A DNA stretch of 64,000 nt, from NCBI GenBank assembly GCA_951406725.2, contig OX597815.1:187674001-187738000 (forward strand), written 5' to 3'. The translations under genes and the position numbers were made by a program. This DNA comes from Octopus vulgaris (Eukaryota). A model generated the notes under the pieces. The model was not told the origin of the DNA and did no database searches. It saw only the letters and a program-made list of their open reading frames with translations. Each line of letters begins with the position of its first letter. Position 1 is the first letter of the stretch. Positions 49,513 to 63,680 of this stretch are shown here, piece after piece.

Positions 49513-50013
49513 GCAATCTGAATAAAAGTGAGGTGAAAGATTAATTCCGTTAAAAATACAGTTGTGTCTCACATATGTAATATGGTGAGTTGGGAAACAT
49601 TCACTGAGATTATCTGTGCAATTAGTAGATAAAAAAAAACCTCCAGGTGTGCTTAAAAGTTTACAGTTCAGTAATTTCTTGTCAACACTACTTTCCCTGT
49701 AACCATCTATACACACCATCTGAGGTATATTTAGAGCAAAAATCATAAATAAATATTCTTTTCTACTCCAGGCACAAAGCTCGAAATTTTGGGGGAGGGG
49801 GCCAGTTGGTATTTAATTTATCGACCCTGAAAGGATGAAAAGCAAAGTCGATCTCGACGGAATTTGAACTCAGAACGTAAAGAAATATGGTGTTGAGCAT
49901 AAGTGCAGGAACGAAATGTACTTCGGGGTTGCAAATTCAGGTCCAAAATATTTTACAAACGAGGTCGATTTTTCCAGCCTTGATATCATAACAAACACAG
50001 GTATGATGATGAC

Positions 50014-50046
<33 letters not shown>

Positions 50047-50058
50047 TATTATTATTAT

Positions 50059-50386
50059 TGTGGCTCAGTGGTTACAGCATCAAGCTTATGATCGTGAGGT
50101 TGTGAGTTCGAATCCTGGACGGGGTTGTGTGTTGTGTTCTTGAGCAAGACACTTTATTTCATGTTGCTCCAGTTCACTCAGCTGTAGAAATGAGTTGCAA
50201 CATCACAAGTGCCAAGCTGTATCTGCTGTTGCCTTTCCCTTGGATAACACTGGTGGCATGGAGAGGAGAGGCCGGTATGCATGGGCGACTGCTGGTCTTC
50301 CATAAACAAACTTGCCCGGACTTGTGCCTGGGAGGGTAAATTTCTAGGTGTAATCCCATGATCAGTCATGACCAAAGGGGGGTCTC
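50059..50386 (+). mobile_element. tRNA-derived SINE (D-related head, CORE-like TTGAGCAAGACACTT) in (TAA)n
   Basis: GTGGCTCAGTGGTTA...GAGTTCGAATCC A/B boxes; (AAT)n tail. Confidence 0.88.
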
Positions 50387-50691
50387 AATAATAATAATAA
50401 TAATAATAATAATAATTATTATTATTATTATTGTACATCAATCAAATCTGATAATGGAAAAATAATGTTTCAAATCAGTCCAAAAATGTTTCTAGGCTCA
50501 TTCGTTTTGGCAATGAGATTTTTCAGGTAAATGTTCAAAGTGTCTTCATTGACTACCCCCCACCTCGCTTCACACCAAAATTTTAGTGGGCACACTTACA
50601 CCCGCAAACACAAAACACACATGGTGTTGAAGATATGCTGTTGTAACTGGAGAAAGCAAAACTGATTGGCTTGTATGACTTGAAAATTAAC

Positions 50692-51095
50692 AGGCACAGG
50701 AGTGGCTGTGTGGTAAGTAGCTTGCTTACCAACCACATGGTTCCGGGTTCAGTCCCACTGTGTGGCACCTTGGGCAAGTGTCTTCTACTATAACCTCGGG
50801 CTGACCAAAGCCTTGTGAGTGGATTTGGTAGACGGAAACTGAAAGAAGCCCGTCATATGTATGTATATATGTGTGTGTGTGTGTGTTTGTGTGTCTGTGT
50901 TTGTCCCTGCAACATCGCTTGACAACTGATGCTGGTGTGTTTACGTTCCTGTAATTTAGCGGTTCGGCAAAAGAGACTGATGGAATAAGTACTAGGCTTA
51001 CAAAGAATAAGTCCTGGGGTCGATTTGGTCAACTAAAGGTGGTGCTCCAGTATGGCCACAGTCAAATGACTGAAACAAGTAAAAGAGTAAAAGAG
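50692..51095 (+). mobile_element. SINE family A
   Basis: Full consensus match. Confidence 0.93.
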
Positions 51096-51667
51096 ATTGA
51101 AGCTGTAGACTAGAAATAACTATCAAGGACCGTATAGTCTCTTTGATTTTCTAACCTATGACCTCGTTTAGAGAAAATTTATTAAGTACTTCGTTTATAT
51201 TATAAATTCATTTCTTATTTTGCTAGAATTTGGTGAGCTTAATAAAAAATTAATTGAAAATTGCGTTAATGTTATAATTGAAAATAATTTTAATGTTATA
51301 ATTAATTAAATGTCTAAATGTCAACGATGTGTTAGTGCCTGTAATATTATAATTTCTTTTTAGCCTATTAACTTCGTCATTAGAGATGAGAGTTGTTTTT
51401 TTTTTAGTATTTACATTCACACTACCTTTCAATCAGTTTTATTTCTATTCATTATTACATGTCTTAGTCCAGTATTTATTACTTGTCTTAGTTTAGAGAC
51501 AAAGGTTCCGAGTTCAAATTCACTTCAGTGTTATGTACATATCAAAGAATAAATCACCTGGTGACAATCACAAGCCAAACAGGCTGAAACCGTATAGATA
51601 TAAAAAAAAATAAGAAGTGCTTCATATCTAAAAATGAAAGTAGGAGTCTGTAAAACTACAATGCTTT

Positions 51668-51888
51668 TATGAGGAAGCGCTGAAAAGTTCCTGGCTTTAA
51701 GGGTATTGTGAAAGGCCTGGCTGGAGGCTCAACCTTCTGAGTTCTTTTACAGGGCTTAGAAAAACTGAAGGACCGTTGCAATAAGTTTGTGAATCTGAGA
51801 GGGGAATATGTTGAATAAAATCATAATTATCTCACCCTCCTGTGTTTTCTTTTACCCAAAGCCAGGTACCTTGCAGCATCTCTTCATA
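51668..51888. mobile_element. Tc1/mariner-type MITE
   Basis: Inverted homolog of 4567-4787. Confidence 0.88.
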
Positions 51889-51915
51889 TAGTTGCTTAAT
51901 TTATTATGTCCGTAT

Positions 51916-52278
51916 TTAAGTTAATTTTTTGGCTCAAAAAGCAAAAAGCAAGGCCATGTAGGGGGTATATGGAGTTATGTACAGGGTTGTTCATGCAAAG
52001 AGTTCAGGCCATTTCTGGTCAAGAGAGACTTTGAACCGAGCGGTCATCAGCATCTTCACTATCTCGTCCAGCAGCTTATTCCACGGATCCGCAACCTGGA
52101 CAGAGAAAGCCCCTCTCCTTCGATTGAGATGAAATTGTCGCAGATAGAGCTTTTCGGAATGATCCCGCAGTCTACGCTCTGGAGCAGGAGTGAAGAACAG
52201 CTCTTTCGAGAGGTAACACTTTCCGCTTATGATGTTGTGAGCAAGAATGAGATCACCACAGCATCGTCGTTTTTCTAG
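51916..52278 (-). mobile_element. CR1-clade LINE 3' end
   Basis: Open frame 52278-51991: LEKRRCCGDLILAHNIISGKCYLSKELFFTPAPERRLRDHSEKLYLRQFHLNRRRGAFSVQVADPWNKLLDEIVKMLMTARFKVSLDQKWPELFA*, the CR1 RR.RGDLI...RGH..KL...FS.RV...WN.L...FK..LD pattern. Confidence 0.92.
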
Positions 52279-52313
52279 TTAAGGTCTTAGGGTAGTGGAT
52301 TAGGTGGAACATT

Positions 52314-52730
52314 AGTGGCTTAGCGGTTTGGGTATTTGGCTCACAATCATAAGGTCATGAGTTCAATTCCTGGTGGTGTATTGTGTCTTTGAGCAAGACA
52401 CTTTATTTCATGTTGCTTTAATCTACTTAGCTGTTAGTGGATTTGGTAGACGCAAACTGAAAGAAGCCCATCATATATATGTATATATGTATGCATGTGT
52501 GTGTATATGTTTGTGTATCTGTGTTTGTTCCCCCAACATTGCTTGACAACCGATGCTGGTGTGTTTACATCCCTGTAACTTAGAGGTTCGGCAAAAGAAA
52601 CCGATAGAATAAATACTAGGCTTACAATGAATAAGTCCTGGGGTCGATTTGCTCAACTAAAGGCGGTTCTCCAGCATGGCTGCAGTCAAATGACTGAAAC
52701 AAGTAAAAGAGTAAAGGAGTAAAGAGTAAG
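52314..52730 (+). mobile_element. Chimeric SINE: D/CORE-like head fused to family A body
   Basis: Head like 50059-50185, switching at ~52435 to AGTGGATTTGGTAGAC. Confidence 0.82.
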
Positions 52731-53339
52731 AGATATATGTGTGTGTGTGCTTGTAGATTGTGTATGTATATGTTTCAGCCATGTACGCTGTGTCCCTTTT
52801 TTTCCTGGATCTTATGGGTCAACAAATAGAGAGAGTTATATAACAAGCACCAGAGTGAAATAAATTAATATAACCAAACCCCGTAAAACAGTTCAAAACA
52901 AAAATGCTTCTGGTACATTGCCAGGCCAAATTTCACATTGTATTTAGAATTTGAATTGTCTTATTTTTCTATAAATTATATTCAGGCTAAACTTTTTGAT
53001 TAATATATATCTGTCATAAAAATAAAAAGCATTCAGGCTAATGGAGCAATCCTGGCAATCCTAGGAGAATTCAGGAATTTAAGTTGATGTATGTTAAACT
53101 TTTTTTTTCCTATCAAGGTGACATAATTTGTGCTTGAGTAAGAAGTGGGTGGAAGAAAGATCTGTAACTTCTGTTGGCAACTAAATGCTTGTGTGTATAA
53201 GTATGAATAAGAAGTGTGTTATGATATTGGAGTAAGACTTAGGCATTGATTCTGGAAAAACTGGCAGTGGTTACTGAGGAATGGTCTGAATAATCTAACT
53301 GTATTGATTTGAGAGAGGCTACAAATGTTTACTGGTGCT

Positions 53340-53722
53340 GTTTGTTTGTTTGTTTGTTTGTTGAGCGAAGCGGTCTTCGTCCCAGAGTGGGAGAAGTCTG
53401 AAACGTGGTCCTTTGCTATTCGTAAGACCCGCAGAAGAGAAAGCAGGTCAACCCCCGACACCGAGAGCATCGACGGATGGATGAATGCACATTCAGGCTC
53501 AGCGGTTGCGTAGGAAGTCGGGGACAAGAAACAGGAAGAAAGAGTGAGAGAAAGTTGGAATGAAAGAGTACAACAGGGGTCGCCACCACCCCCTGCTGGA
53601 GCCTCGTGGAGCTTTAGATGTTTTCGCTCAATAAACACACACAACGTCCGGTATGGGAATTGAAACCGCGATCCTCCGACCGCGGGTCCGCTGCCCTAAC
53701 CACTGGGCCATTGCACCTCCAC
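53340..53722 (-). mobile_element. SINE family D, tail type 3
   Basis: D head; different 3' half ending CGCTTCGCTCAACAAAC(AAAC)n. Confidence 0.9.
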
Positions 53723-54018
53723 TACCGGTGCTGTCTCTCACTTTCTAAGTAACTAATAGAAAACAAAATGTATGTGAGCTTGAAAAGAAGTTTCATATTA
53801 ATGGTAGTAACCAGTAGGTTTTGATGAAATGATAGTGTTGATATAATCGTACCATGTCATTTGCCAGGTTAAAAAACAAGGCAAAACAAAAATGAAGCAC
53901 AAAGGCTGTGGAAGTCATCCTTGAGAGAAGCACATTGAGGAAAATTTGGCAAGATGCAAAGTCAAGGAGAATGCAGAAGAGGATGGCTTTAGGCTGTATT
54001 GGAGACATATCTAGCCTT

Positions 54019-54054
<36 letters not shown>

Positions 54055-56598
54055 TTCTTCTTCTTCTTCTTCTTCTTCTGCTGCTGCTGCTGCTGCTCTT
54101 GCTTCTTTTAATGTCTCTATTCCATGCTGGCATGGGTTGGGTGGTTTGTTAGAATCGAAAAACAGATATTGAAAGAATGGTAATACTAAAAGATATGATT
54201 AAGGAAGTCATGGTTCTAGGGTTGTTAGTGTTGTACAGTATGATCATTCTCTTAATTGCTGAAGACAGGATGTGCCCAATATGCCGTCACCTCTGATATA
54301 TTTGTTAACATAGGTATAAATTAGTGTAAAAATTATGTATAGAGTCAATAACATTGCTAATCAAGATCAAGATATTTTAAATTTATCTTCGTGTTCCTTG
54401 GAAAAGCTTCTTTAATGTATACCAGTAAATTACACTATCTTATCTCAGTCAGGGGTAAATATTGCTAAATTTGGCAGAGCCTGGTCTTCAGACAACCTCA
54501 CAAAGTTGCTATAGAGGCATATAATGATAATGTATACTCTTTGACTGATGAAAAATCTTATCAAAATATTTGTTTTCTTCTATACCATTTTCTTCATATC
54601 TCTCAGACTCAGCAGCTAGCTAAATAGTGCTTTATTAAAACTACAGTCTGGTTTATATTACTACTAAGGATTTCTTTTATGTAAATGAATTTTCCCATGA
54701 GCCCCAGACTTTCAAAAGATCTGTCTCCTCAATAACCTGCTTTTACTAATCAAAAAAATTCATATTTCTACCTTCACCTCTCTTTTGAAAGATATATATG
54801 TAACTTAATAATAATATGTATGTGAGTAATTATATATTTTACACTGCACCGCTGCTTACAGACCTTTCTGCACCCCCAGAGTCCACAGACCTCAGATTGA
54901 CAACCACATTTTTAGATATATCAATGTCACCTAAATTCTTTGGCAGTAAACTACTTGGGATCCTATAAATTGTGTATATAATTTTATAATTTGGCTTGGA
55001 GCTAGAAAAATATAATAATAATGAACTTGCATTTAATGTGCTAATACAATGTACAAAAGTGGGTATGAAAACATTTATCTGTCATAACTTTGGTGACACA
55101 GCTTTCTAAGTAAATTACAAATCTCTCTATCTCTGAAGTATTAGGAAATGTATCATTAGATATCTACAGCATATGTCCTGAATAAGTTGCTTGCTTACAA
55201 AATAAGAAGCAGTCGACCTAAAATATGCCCCTGTGAAAAATACCCATCACATCACGAGAACAGCATCTGTTCATAAACACAAAAGTTGAGAGGTTAATAG
55301 CCTGATCAATGCTTACTACTCAAGTTACAGGAAGTGAAGAAAAATGTGTCTATAAAAAAAAAAAATAGTTCCAATTGAATTTTATGGCAGTACATCTAAA
55401 AGGGTTTATAGAAATTATATACGAAAATAGAAACATATATGACACACGTATTTACACACACCCTCACACATATATGCAAGTCTATTTTTAAGGTATGAGT
55501 TATAATTGAAAAATATATTTTATTTATGTTTTCATTGAATGTTATTTTATCAACCTAGATTTTTATTTTTATGATGAATATAAAAGTATTTGGCAGCTTG
55601 ACAAAGACAAATGAGTTATTAAGAAACAAAATGTTCTTGAACTTGCCTTGTTATGTTTTAATTTTGTTTTGGATTTCAATATTTACGAATATATTATACA
55701 TATAGCATAAGTCTCTTTATTTATTCCCTTCCTTAAAGCTTGCAAGTGGTAATGCATACACTAACAAGTTGCCATAGCTTTCTAAAAATAGTTATGTCAG
55801 AACAGATTCAATGTTTTTCTTTGAGGTTATCAAGGAATGGATGCTTCTTATTGTTCCACTGTGATTGATAGAGTAAGCTTGTTTATACTGTCAGGTGTAT
55901 TGATACGTTCTCCTGGTGATGAATGTATTGATTATGCAGTGCAGCTAGCGAGAGGTAGAAAGAAGCCTTTCTCTCTTGATGGATTTCTAACTAAATGTAT
56001 GAGACTGTTTATACAACATATTCTTTATTATAATCCTTCTTATTATTTCGTAGTCAGAATTACCACTTTGAATTGAAGTCAGCATTCTAAAGAATATCAG
56101 TATTGAAATAGAAATGATGCATATATATTTTTATTGATAATGATAAAGCATTATTTTTTTTTCAGATGTCATCTGTAAAGGAAATAAAATTATTTAAAAT
56201 AATGATGATAATAGTTCTTAGTTTAGGGACAAAACCAGCAAATTTGAGGGTTGTGATTAGTCAGCACTTAAGTGTTATTTCATTTGACCCCCAAAAGGTT
56301 AAAAGGTAAAGATTGATCTTGGCAGGTTTTGAACTTTGAATCTAAAATGTAACGACAAATCCTGCAAAGCATTTTCACTGAAGCAGTAGGATTTTTTCAG
56401 CTAGCTTTAATGATAATAATAATAATAATAATAATGGTTTCAAATTCTGCCATAAGGGCAGTAATTTTCAGTGAGGGGATAAATCAATTACATCAACCCC
56501 AGTGTTCAACTGGTACTTATTTAGTCAACCCCGAAAGGATGAAAGGCAAAGTCAACCCCTGTGGAATTTGAACTCAGAGTATGGCAGCAGATGAAATA

Positions 56599-56637
<39 letters not shown>

Positions 56638-56643
56638 TAATAA

Positions 56644-56905
56644 AAGGTTCTCCCTATTGTCATCAGAGCATTGAGTTCAGTACCACCCAACCTGAAGAAA
56701 TACCTGGAAACTTTAGAAATATCCTACAATCTAGGTGTATTGCAAAAGTCAGCATTATTTGGAACAGCACACATGTTGTATAAAGCATTGTCTGTCTGAG
56801 GTCTTTGTTGTGTCTTGACAGACTGTATAAACCCCCAGTAGACACGATATCTTCAATCAGCAACATCATGATATTGGATACTGTGTGGTGTCTTAAATAA
56901 TAATG
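56644..56905 (+). mobile_element. R4/Dong-clade LINE 3' end inserted in (TAA)n, inside a SINE B (56436-56998)
   Basis: KVLPIVIRALSSVPPNLKKYLETLEISYNLGVLQKSALFGTAHMLYKALSV* matches the R4/Dong PIVIGALG...LQK.ALLGTA..L C-terminus; Dong elements target TAA repeats. Confidence 0.88.
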
Positions 56906-57000
56906 ACATGGACTTTCCTGGCTTTTGCCGAATGACCTGCACAAAAGTACCGTTAAGCATTTCACCTAGCATGCTAATGATTCTAGCAGCTCACCTACCT

Positions 57001-57034
<34 letters not shown>

Positions 57035-57744
57035 AATAATAATAATGATAATAATAATAATAATAATAATGATGATGATGATGATAAAGCGAATAATAAT
57101 ATAACTGGAATGACTCGTACTGAGAAGAGCATTATCGCTGTGAAAACAACTTCCATTCATGAATTTATTTATTTATTCATTTTTTTAAATACATATTTTT
57201 ACCTGTGAATTTGCGTGTGTAATCTGGGAATGCATACAATGAGCTTCTTTGCCTTAGGTGTACGGAAAACACTCAGCGGGAAATGGAAAGAAATTTGAAG
57301 AAAGAAGGGAAAAAAAAAATAATAATAATAATAATAGTAATGATAAAGACTTCTTTCACTCTCTGATATAATTAGGATGGTTGTCATCACAGTTTTATTT
57401 CTCCAAAATAATATAGAATGATGACAGGTTAGGTGCAGAAATTTTTATTGTCGAAAATGGTAAGGCAGGAACAAAGTACTAAAATAGAAACTTATATTAA
57501 AAAAACTGCATGAAAGCAGGTCGGCTGGAAAACGCATTCAGGATGTAGAAAGACGGATTCAATGAAACTTATTGTTTTATCTTGAATCATTGCAGGGAGG
57601 AGGGATGCACCCATGATAGTTAACAAAACAGGGAAGTGAGTCACTGGAGAAGAATTCTTGAGGCACCAGCTTAGAGTGTTATCAAATAAAATGAGCATAA
57701 AGCAGAGAGACAATCTAATCGGCTCAAGCTTTAATATAAGCATG

Positions 57745-57922
57745 CATTACATGTATTATCATATATGCGTGTGTGTGTTTATATGTATTGTATATGTGTG
57801 TGTGTATGTATATATATATATATGTATACACACACATATATATGTATGTATATTTGTGTGTGTGTGTGTCTGTATGTATTTATATACGTTTTATATATAT
57901 ACATATGTATATATAGATACAT

Positions 57923-57967
<45 letters not shown>

Positions 57968-58182
57968 TATACATATTTACATATATATATACATTATATA
58001 TATATGTATATATGTACATATATATATGTATATATGTACATATATATATGTATATATGTACATATATATATATATGTATGTATGTATGTATGTATATATG
58101 TACATATATATATTTACATTATGTATGTATATATGTACATATATATATTTACATTATATATATGTGTATATATATATCTATC

Positions 58183-58213
<31 letters not shown>

Positions 58214-58515
58214 GTATATCATCATTGGACATTAAACAATGATGATTATGTTAGACGCACACACACACATATATATATATATGAAAATTTAAATATATAC
58301 AGCTACACACACATGTATGTATGTATGGATATATATATATATTTGTGTATATATATATATATATATATATATGAAATTTTAAATATATACAGCTACACAC
58401 ACATGTATGTATGGATATATATATATATTTGTGTGTATATATATATATATATATACACGCACATACAAATACATTTATGTGTACATTACATACATGCATG
58501 CACACATCACACATG
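57745..58515. repeat. Compound TA/TG/TATG microsatellite with a ~100-bp tandem duplication
   Basis: ATGAAA(A/T)TTTAAATATATACAGCTACACACACATGTATG at ~58281 and ~58371. Confidence 0.92.
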
Positions 58516-59222
58516 CATGGTTTTATTTTACTTATTTGGCCCTTAGATTTTCATGAGGTAAGAATTTGCTACAGGCAGTAATAGCATTATGCTCTCAATT
58601 TTTCGATATTGCTTTGTGTAAACCAAACAGAATGAATGAAGGTTACGGGTATAAGTATCAGCATTTTTTTCAAAAATGCCTTTTTGTTACACACGAAAAA
58701 AAAAGAAGCACAATTAATTAGATTGTTTATTCCATTGTTTAGCTTTTTAATTACGATGGATCATGATTAGTGTATTTTTCTTATCGTCTCCAGAAGCCAT
58801 ATTTCTAGAGATACATATTTCCTTGGGTGCAGATTGAACTCATGATCTTTCATTGTTTTATTTTCGTTTGTTTTTCTTATATACTTATATATCTTATATT
58901 ATTGTTCTGTTTCTGAGGAACTGGTTAATTTTAATGGAATTTCATTGCAATTTAATTAAGACAGACATTTTTGTTAGAGTAAAATATAAATAAAAAAATT
59001 AAGAAGGCAGAGACAAAGAGATCTATAATATTTTACTCTGATTGCCATTCATTTAAGAATCAAGAACTCATCCACTGATTTCTTTTTCTTACAAAAACCT
59101 AAAATATCTGGTTTTTTTTTTTGCTTTTTTACTCAAAATTTTTCTTTGTGAATTTTTGGTAATTAGATCTTACTCTAATATATATGTGGTTGGTTTTATA
59201 TCTAATATTTTCTTAATTTTTC

Positions 59223-59895
59223 TGATGCCAGTGCTGCCTGACTGGCCCCCATGCCAGTGGCGCATAAAAAGCACCCACTACACTCTCAGAGTGGTTGGCG
59301 TTAGGAAGGACATCCAGCTGTAGAAACCTTGCCAGATCAGATTGGAACTTGGTGCAGCCTACTGGCTTGCTAGTCCCCAGTCAAACCATCCAACCCATGC
59401 CAGCATGGAAAGCGGATGTTAAACAATGATGATGAGGATCTTGTTTCAGTCATTGAATTGTGGCCATTCTGGGGCACCACCTCGGAGAATTTTTACTTGA
59501 ACGAATCTACCCCAATACTTATTTTTTAAAGTCCGGTACATATTCTTTTGGTTTGTTTTGCTGTGCTAAGTTATGGGGATGTAAACACCCCAACACTGGT
59601 TATCAAATAATGGGGAGCAAGCACACACACTAACACACACACACGCATATATATATATATTTTATATAGCATGGTCGCAGTCAAATGACTGAACCAAGTA
59701 AAAGATATATATATGCATGTGTGTGTGTGTGTGTGTGTATGTGACAGGCTTCTTTCAGTTTCTGTCTACCAAATCCACTCACAAGGCTTTGGTCAGCCTA
59801 TGGCTATAATAGAAGACACTTGCCCAAGGTTCCACATAGTGGGACTGAACCCAGAACTATGTGGTTGGGAAGCAAGCTTCTTACCACACAGCCAT
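59223..59895. mobile_element. SINE C (+) abutting SINE A (-)
   Basis: C tail ends ~59435; reverse A copy 59440-59895. Confidence 0.87.
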
Positions 59896-59922
59896 GTTTC
59901 CAATTTCCATTTGCTCCATTGT

Positions 59923-60151
59923 TTAACCCTTTAGTGTTCGCGTTATTCTACCAAAATTAATGCTTTTTTATCCACATTGTTTTGAACTAATCATGCATTA
60001 TCTTTTAGCTATGAGATTTTGATGAGGTAGCTGTTCATTTTTAAAATGATATTGTAGGGTTGGTGTGAGAGACCAGATCTGGCTTGTTTGGACATAAAAC
60101 AGGCAGAATACTTTTGGCCGGATATGGCCGGTTTAAATGCTAAAGGGTTAA
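59923..60151 (-). mobile_element. piggyBac-type MITE
   Basis: TTAA-CCCTTTAG...CTAAAGGG-TTAA. Confidence 0.9.
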
Positions 60152-61547
60152 GTCAGCTTCTGATAAATGTCTCCAGCTTAGGGAATCTGCCCAAAATATT
60201 AAAAATTTCTAAAGATGAAGGGTTCAATCTAACATGTTTGGTATTTCCTCTTGGTAGAAAACCCCAAAATATCTATTTTCATTTTCAAATTATTGATCTT
60301 TTTCAATAAAATCTCGTTTATGAATTTTAATATTTTTATAATTAAACATGTTTGGTTTAATATTTAATGCCTTTTTGCTATTTCATAATTTCTACTTTCA
60401 CTTGTTCGTTGCCTATATTAAGCAGTTTATTTGATTTTCATTTCACTCCAGTATTCCAGTTACTCTCTCGTAAATGCGATTTTCCCATCTCAAAAGTTAA
60501 ACTTCTTCATCTCGTATGAAACACTGAATATTTCAACAAATCTAATCATGAATACGTCCATCGTCACCTTTCAAATAATTAGCCTTGACATGATTAGTTT
60601 TCTCACAATGCCTTCAAGTAATGAGTTTGAGACATCAGTTGTCAGTAACAGGCAAGGAAAGGAAAGACAAAAAAAAAAAATCTCAAACCTTCAATAAAGA
60701 GTGAGAGAATTCCACCTGATATTATAAATATGAAAATACTGACATTCAAAAAGAATGTCACACTGTCATCAGATTTGTTCTGTTGTCATCGCCAGCATCA
60801 CCACCACCATCATCATCATCGTTGTCATCATCATTATCTCCTCTGTTATTTCTGTTTTTGTCAGCATCATCCTCACCATTTTAAATCCCTTTTATCTATT
60901 CGTAACTATATTCCATCTCCCATGAATCATTGTACAAACATTGTTACTTTTTTTTTCATAATCTAATTCAACCATTCTCAACTGGGGTCCATATAAGATT
61001 TTTGGGGGTCCACACTAGCAAAATAGTAAGTTAGGGATCCACAGTAGTATTTTAAGGGTCCATGTAAAAATTTTGCTGTCAGTGTATTTATTGCAAGAAA
61101 CTGCTATGAATTTTTTCTCTAACATTTTACATAGGCACCAGTGTGGCTGTGTGGTAAGAATCTTGCTTCTCAACCACATGGTTCTGGGTTGAGTCCCACT
61201 GCTTAGCATCTTGGATTTTGTAGACGGAAACTGAAAAAAGCCTGGCAAGCTGGAAGGCTGCACCAGACTCCAGTCACTTTTGGCATAGTTTCTATGGCTG
61301 GATGCCCTTCCTGATGCCGAACGCTCCGAGAGTGTAATGGATGTTTTTACATGCCATTTGCATGATACCGGTATCTGCCACAACTGATTTTACTTGGTTT
61401 GATGGATCTTCTTCTCAAGCATGACATAATGCAAAAGGTCTCAGTCATTGCCTCTGTGAGGCTCAACATTGAAAAGTACCTTTTATGTGTCACCTGCTTG
61501 AAAGGTGCCTTTTATGTGTCACCTGCACAGGTGCCAGTTATATGACA

Positions 61548-61589
<42 letters not shown>

Positions 61590-61957
61590 CACGAGTATCT
61601 ATAGTGAATATATAATGAAATGTGGAAATTGACAATTTAAAGTCTGTTCTCAGCATATTGGCATAGAAATAATTTTCTTTTTGCCTTTGTTTATAAGTTT
61701 AACCTTTAAAGGTATTTTAATATGCTGCCACTTTTGATGAAAATTTTTTCTGAAAATAATTTTATCGTATATGAGTAGTATATATATATATATATATATA
61801 TATAAGATCTAAGGGTCATGGTATAGGAAGAAAGTCAGCTCCAAGCAATCTGTAGTAAATATAAAAAATACCTCGCTTGGATATTTACCACTTCTGAGGT
61901 TCCGCTTGCTATGTAGTATATGTAGCCTGGATCTTATGTATTCCATTCTTTAACTCT

Positions 61958-62036
61958 TGTGTGTGTGTGTGTGTGTATATACATATATACATACATATAT
62001 ATATATATATACACACACACATACATATATATATAT

Positions 62037-62067
<31 letters not shown>

Positions 62068-62235
62068 CACACACATATATATATACACACATATATATAT
62101 ACACACACACACACAAACATATATATATATACATATATATATACACACATATATATATGCATGTGTGTGTGTGTGTGTGCTTATATATATGTGTGCACAC
62201 ACACACACACACACATACATATGCTCTCACACACA
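61958..62235. repeat. Compound TA/CA microsatellite
   Basis: Direct inspection. Confidence 0.95.
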
Positions 62236-62787
62236 CTCGTGTTGGTATGTCAGTGTGTCAGCTTTGATGTGTGTGTGTTCGAGTTGTTTGATCAATGGAA
62301 CTGTCTTCTCATTCACTCATCCAGTCACTGTGTTAAGTTGTAAGTGTTCCACAAATGCTTGTAATGGTAATGTGATATTCAGTAAGAGTCAACCAGTCTT
62401 TTTGTGGGTGGGCGTGTGTGATAGAGAGAGAGAGAGAGATAAGGTTGAGGTTTGAATCACATGTATTGTTGATCCAAATGGGTTCTGTACTGTTTCCATC
62501 CAATTAAATCAATTTCCGTTCACATTGCTTGGTTTCATCGAACATATGTTTGCATGTGTGTGTATGGGGTGCAGGTAGTGGTGAAGAAGGTGTGCAGACT
62601 TAGCACCCAAAAAGTTTATCTCTACAAAGGTACAACCCTAACTGAGCAGGCCTCTGATTAAAGGTATTTCACTTATGATGATTCAGTTTTTTTCCAGGCT
62701 TAGTGTATCTAGGACTGTGTTGTTGAATGTGTTCTTTTATTCTTAAGAAACTATGGTGTATGTGTGTATACATACATACATACACGA

Positions 62788-63160
62788 ATAGGTTAGAAAC
62801 CAGTTCTTTCTCTATTGGCAAGAATTCTTGAAATAAATTGAATAATGACATGCATACATACATACATACATAAGAAGAAAACTAATTTGAAGACTACAGA
62901 TCCAATCCATCACTGGAACTTTAAAAATCTGCAAAATTTTTTAGAAGTTTATCATTTAAGATATATATGAGCATGTCTAGATATGCGACTATATGCATGA
63001 GAATACGTACATAAAACAAAACATACAAATCTGCACATAAACATACATACATACAAAGAAAAATACCATACTGTTGATGTTGAAATTCTGATTGGATCTA
63101 GGTTAGAAACCGGTTCTTTATTGGCAAGAAATCTTGAAATAAAACTGAACAATGACATAC
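62788..63160 (-). repeat. Same interspersed repeat as 3388-3865
   Basis: GGTTAGAAACC(A/G)GTTCTTT..TTGGCAAGAA..CTTGAAATAAA occurs twice. Confidence 0.85.
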
Positions 63161-63192
63161 ATACACCATGCATGCATGCATACATACATATG

Positions 63193-63230
<38 letters not shown>

Positions 63231-63532
63231 GATAGATAGGTAGATAGATAGATAGATATATATACATATGTATACATATATGTGTGTGTGTATAGAGGGT
63301 GAGGAAGCAAAACTTGGGAAAGTCAAACAAAATCTGAAAATGTTTTAAGTACATGGAATAGTCAATGATTAGCAATGCCAGTAAATTTCAAACGGGTTTA
63401 ACAAAAGCTTTCTATTAATATTTATGATTAAATTAATGAGTATGGCTAATATTTATAATCAACTTGCCATTTTCAATGGGCCTGCGCCACACACCTAGAA
63501 CACCCGAAAAATATGCCCCTGCTAACCACAAA

Positions 63533-63680
63533 CCAGTGGTCCCCAACCATTTCACTGCCAAGGGCCCCTTTTATTTAAATGAGTTTTCCCACTGACCCCA
63601 GGATATTGAAAAGTCTGCCTGTTTAACATGTTCAAGGACCTCCAGTACTACCTTTGTGGACCACCGGTGGAGAACCACTG
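63533..63680. mobile_element. Short hAT-type MITE
   Basis: CAGTGGTCCCCAACC / GGTGGAGAACCACTG; TSD not clear. Confidence 0.7.

Noticed and set aside
50059-50125. tRNA genes at SINE heads
   Set aside because: A/B boxes are present but there is no complete cloverleaf, and each continues into a SINE body.
54018-54100. Poly-I/F/C and poly-M ORFs
   Set aside because: Compound (CAT)n(CTT)n(CTG)n microsatellite at a SINE C tail.
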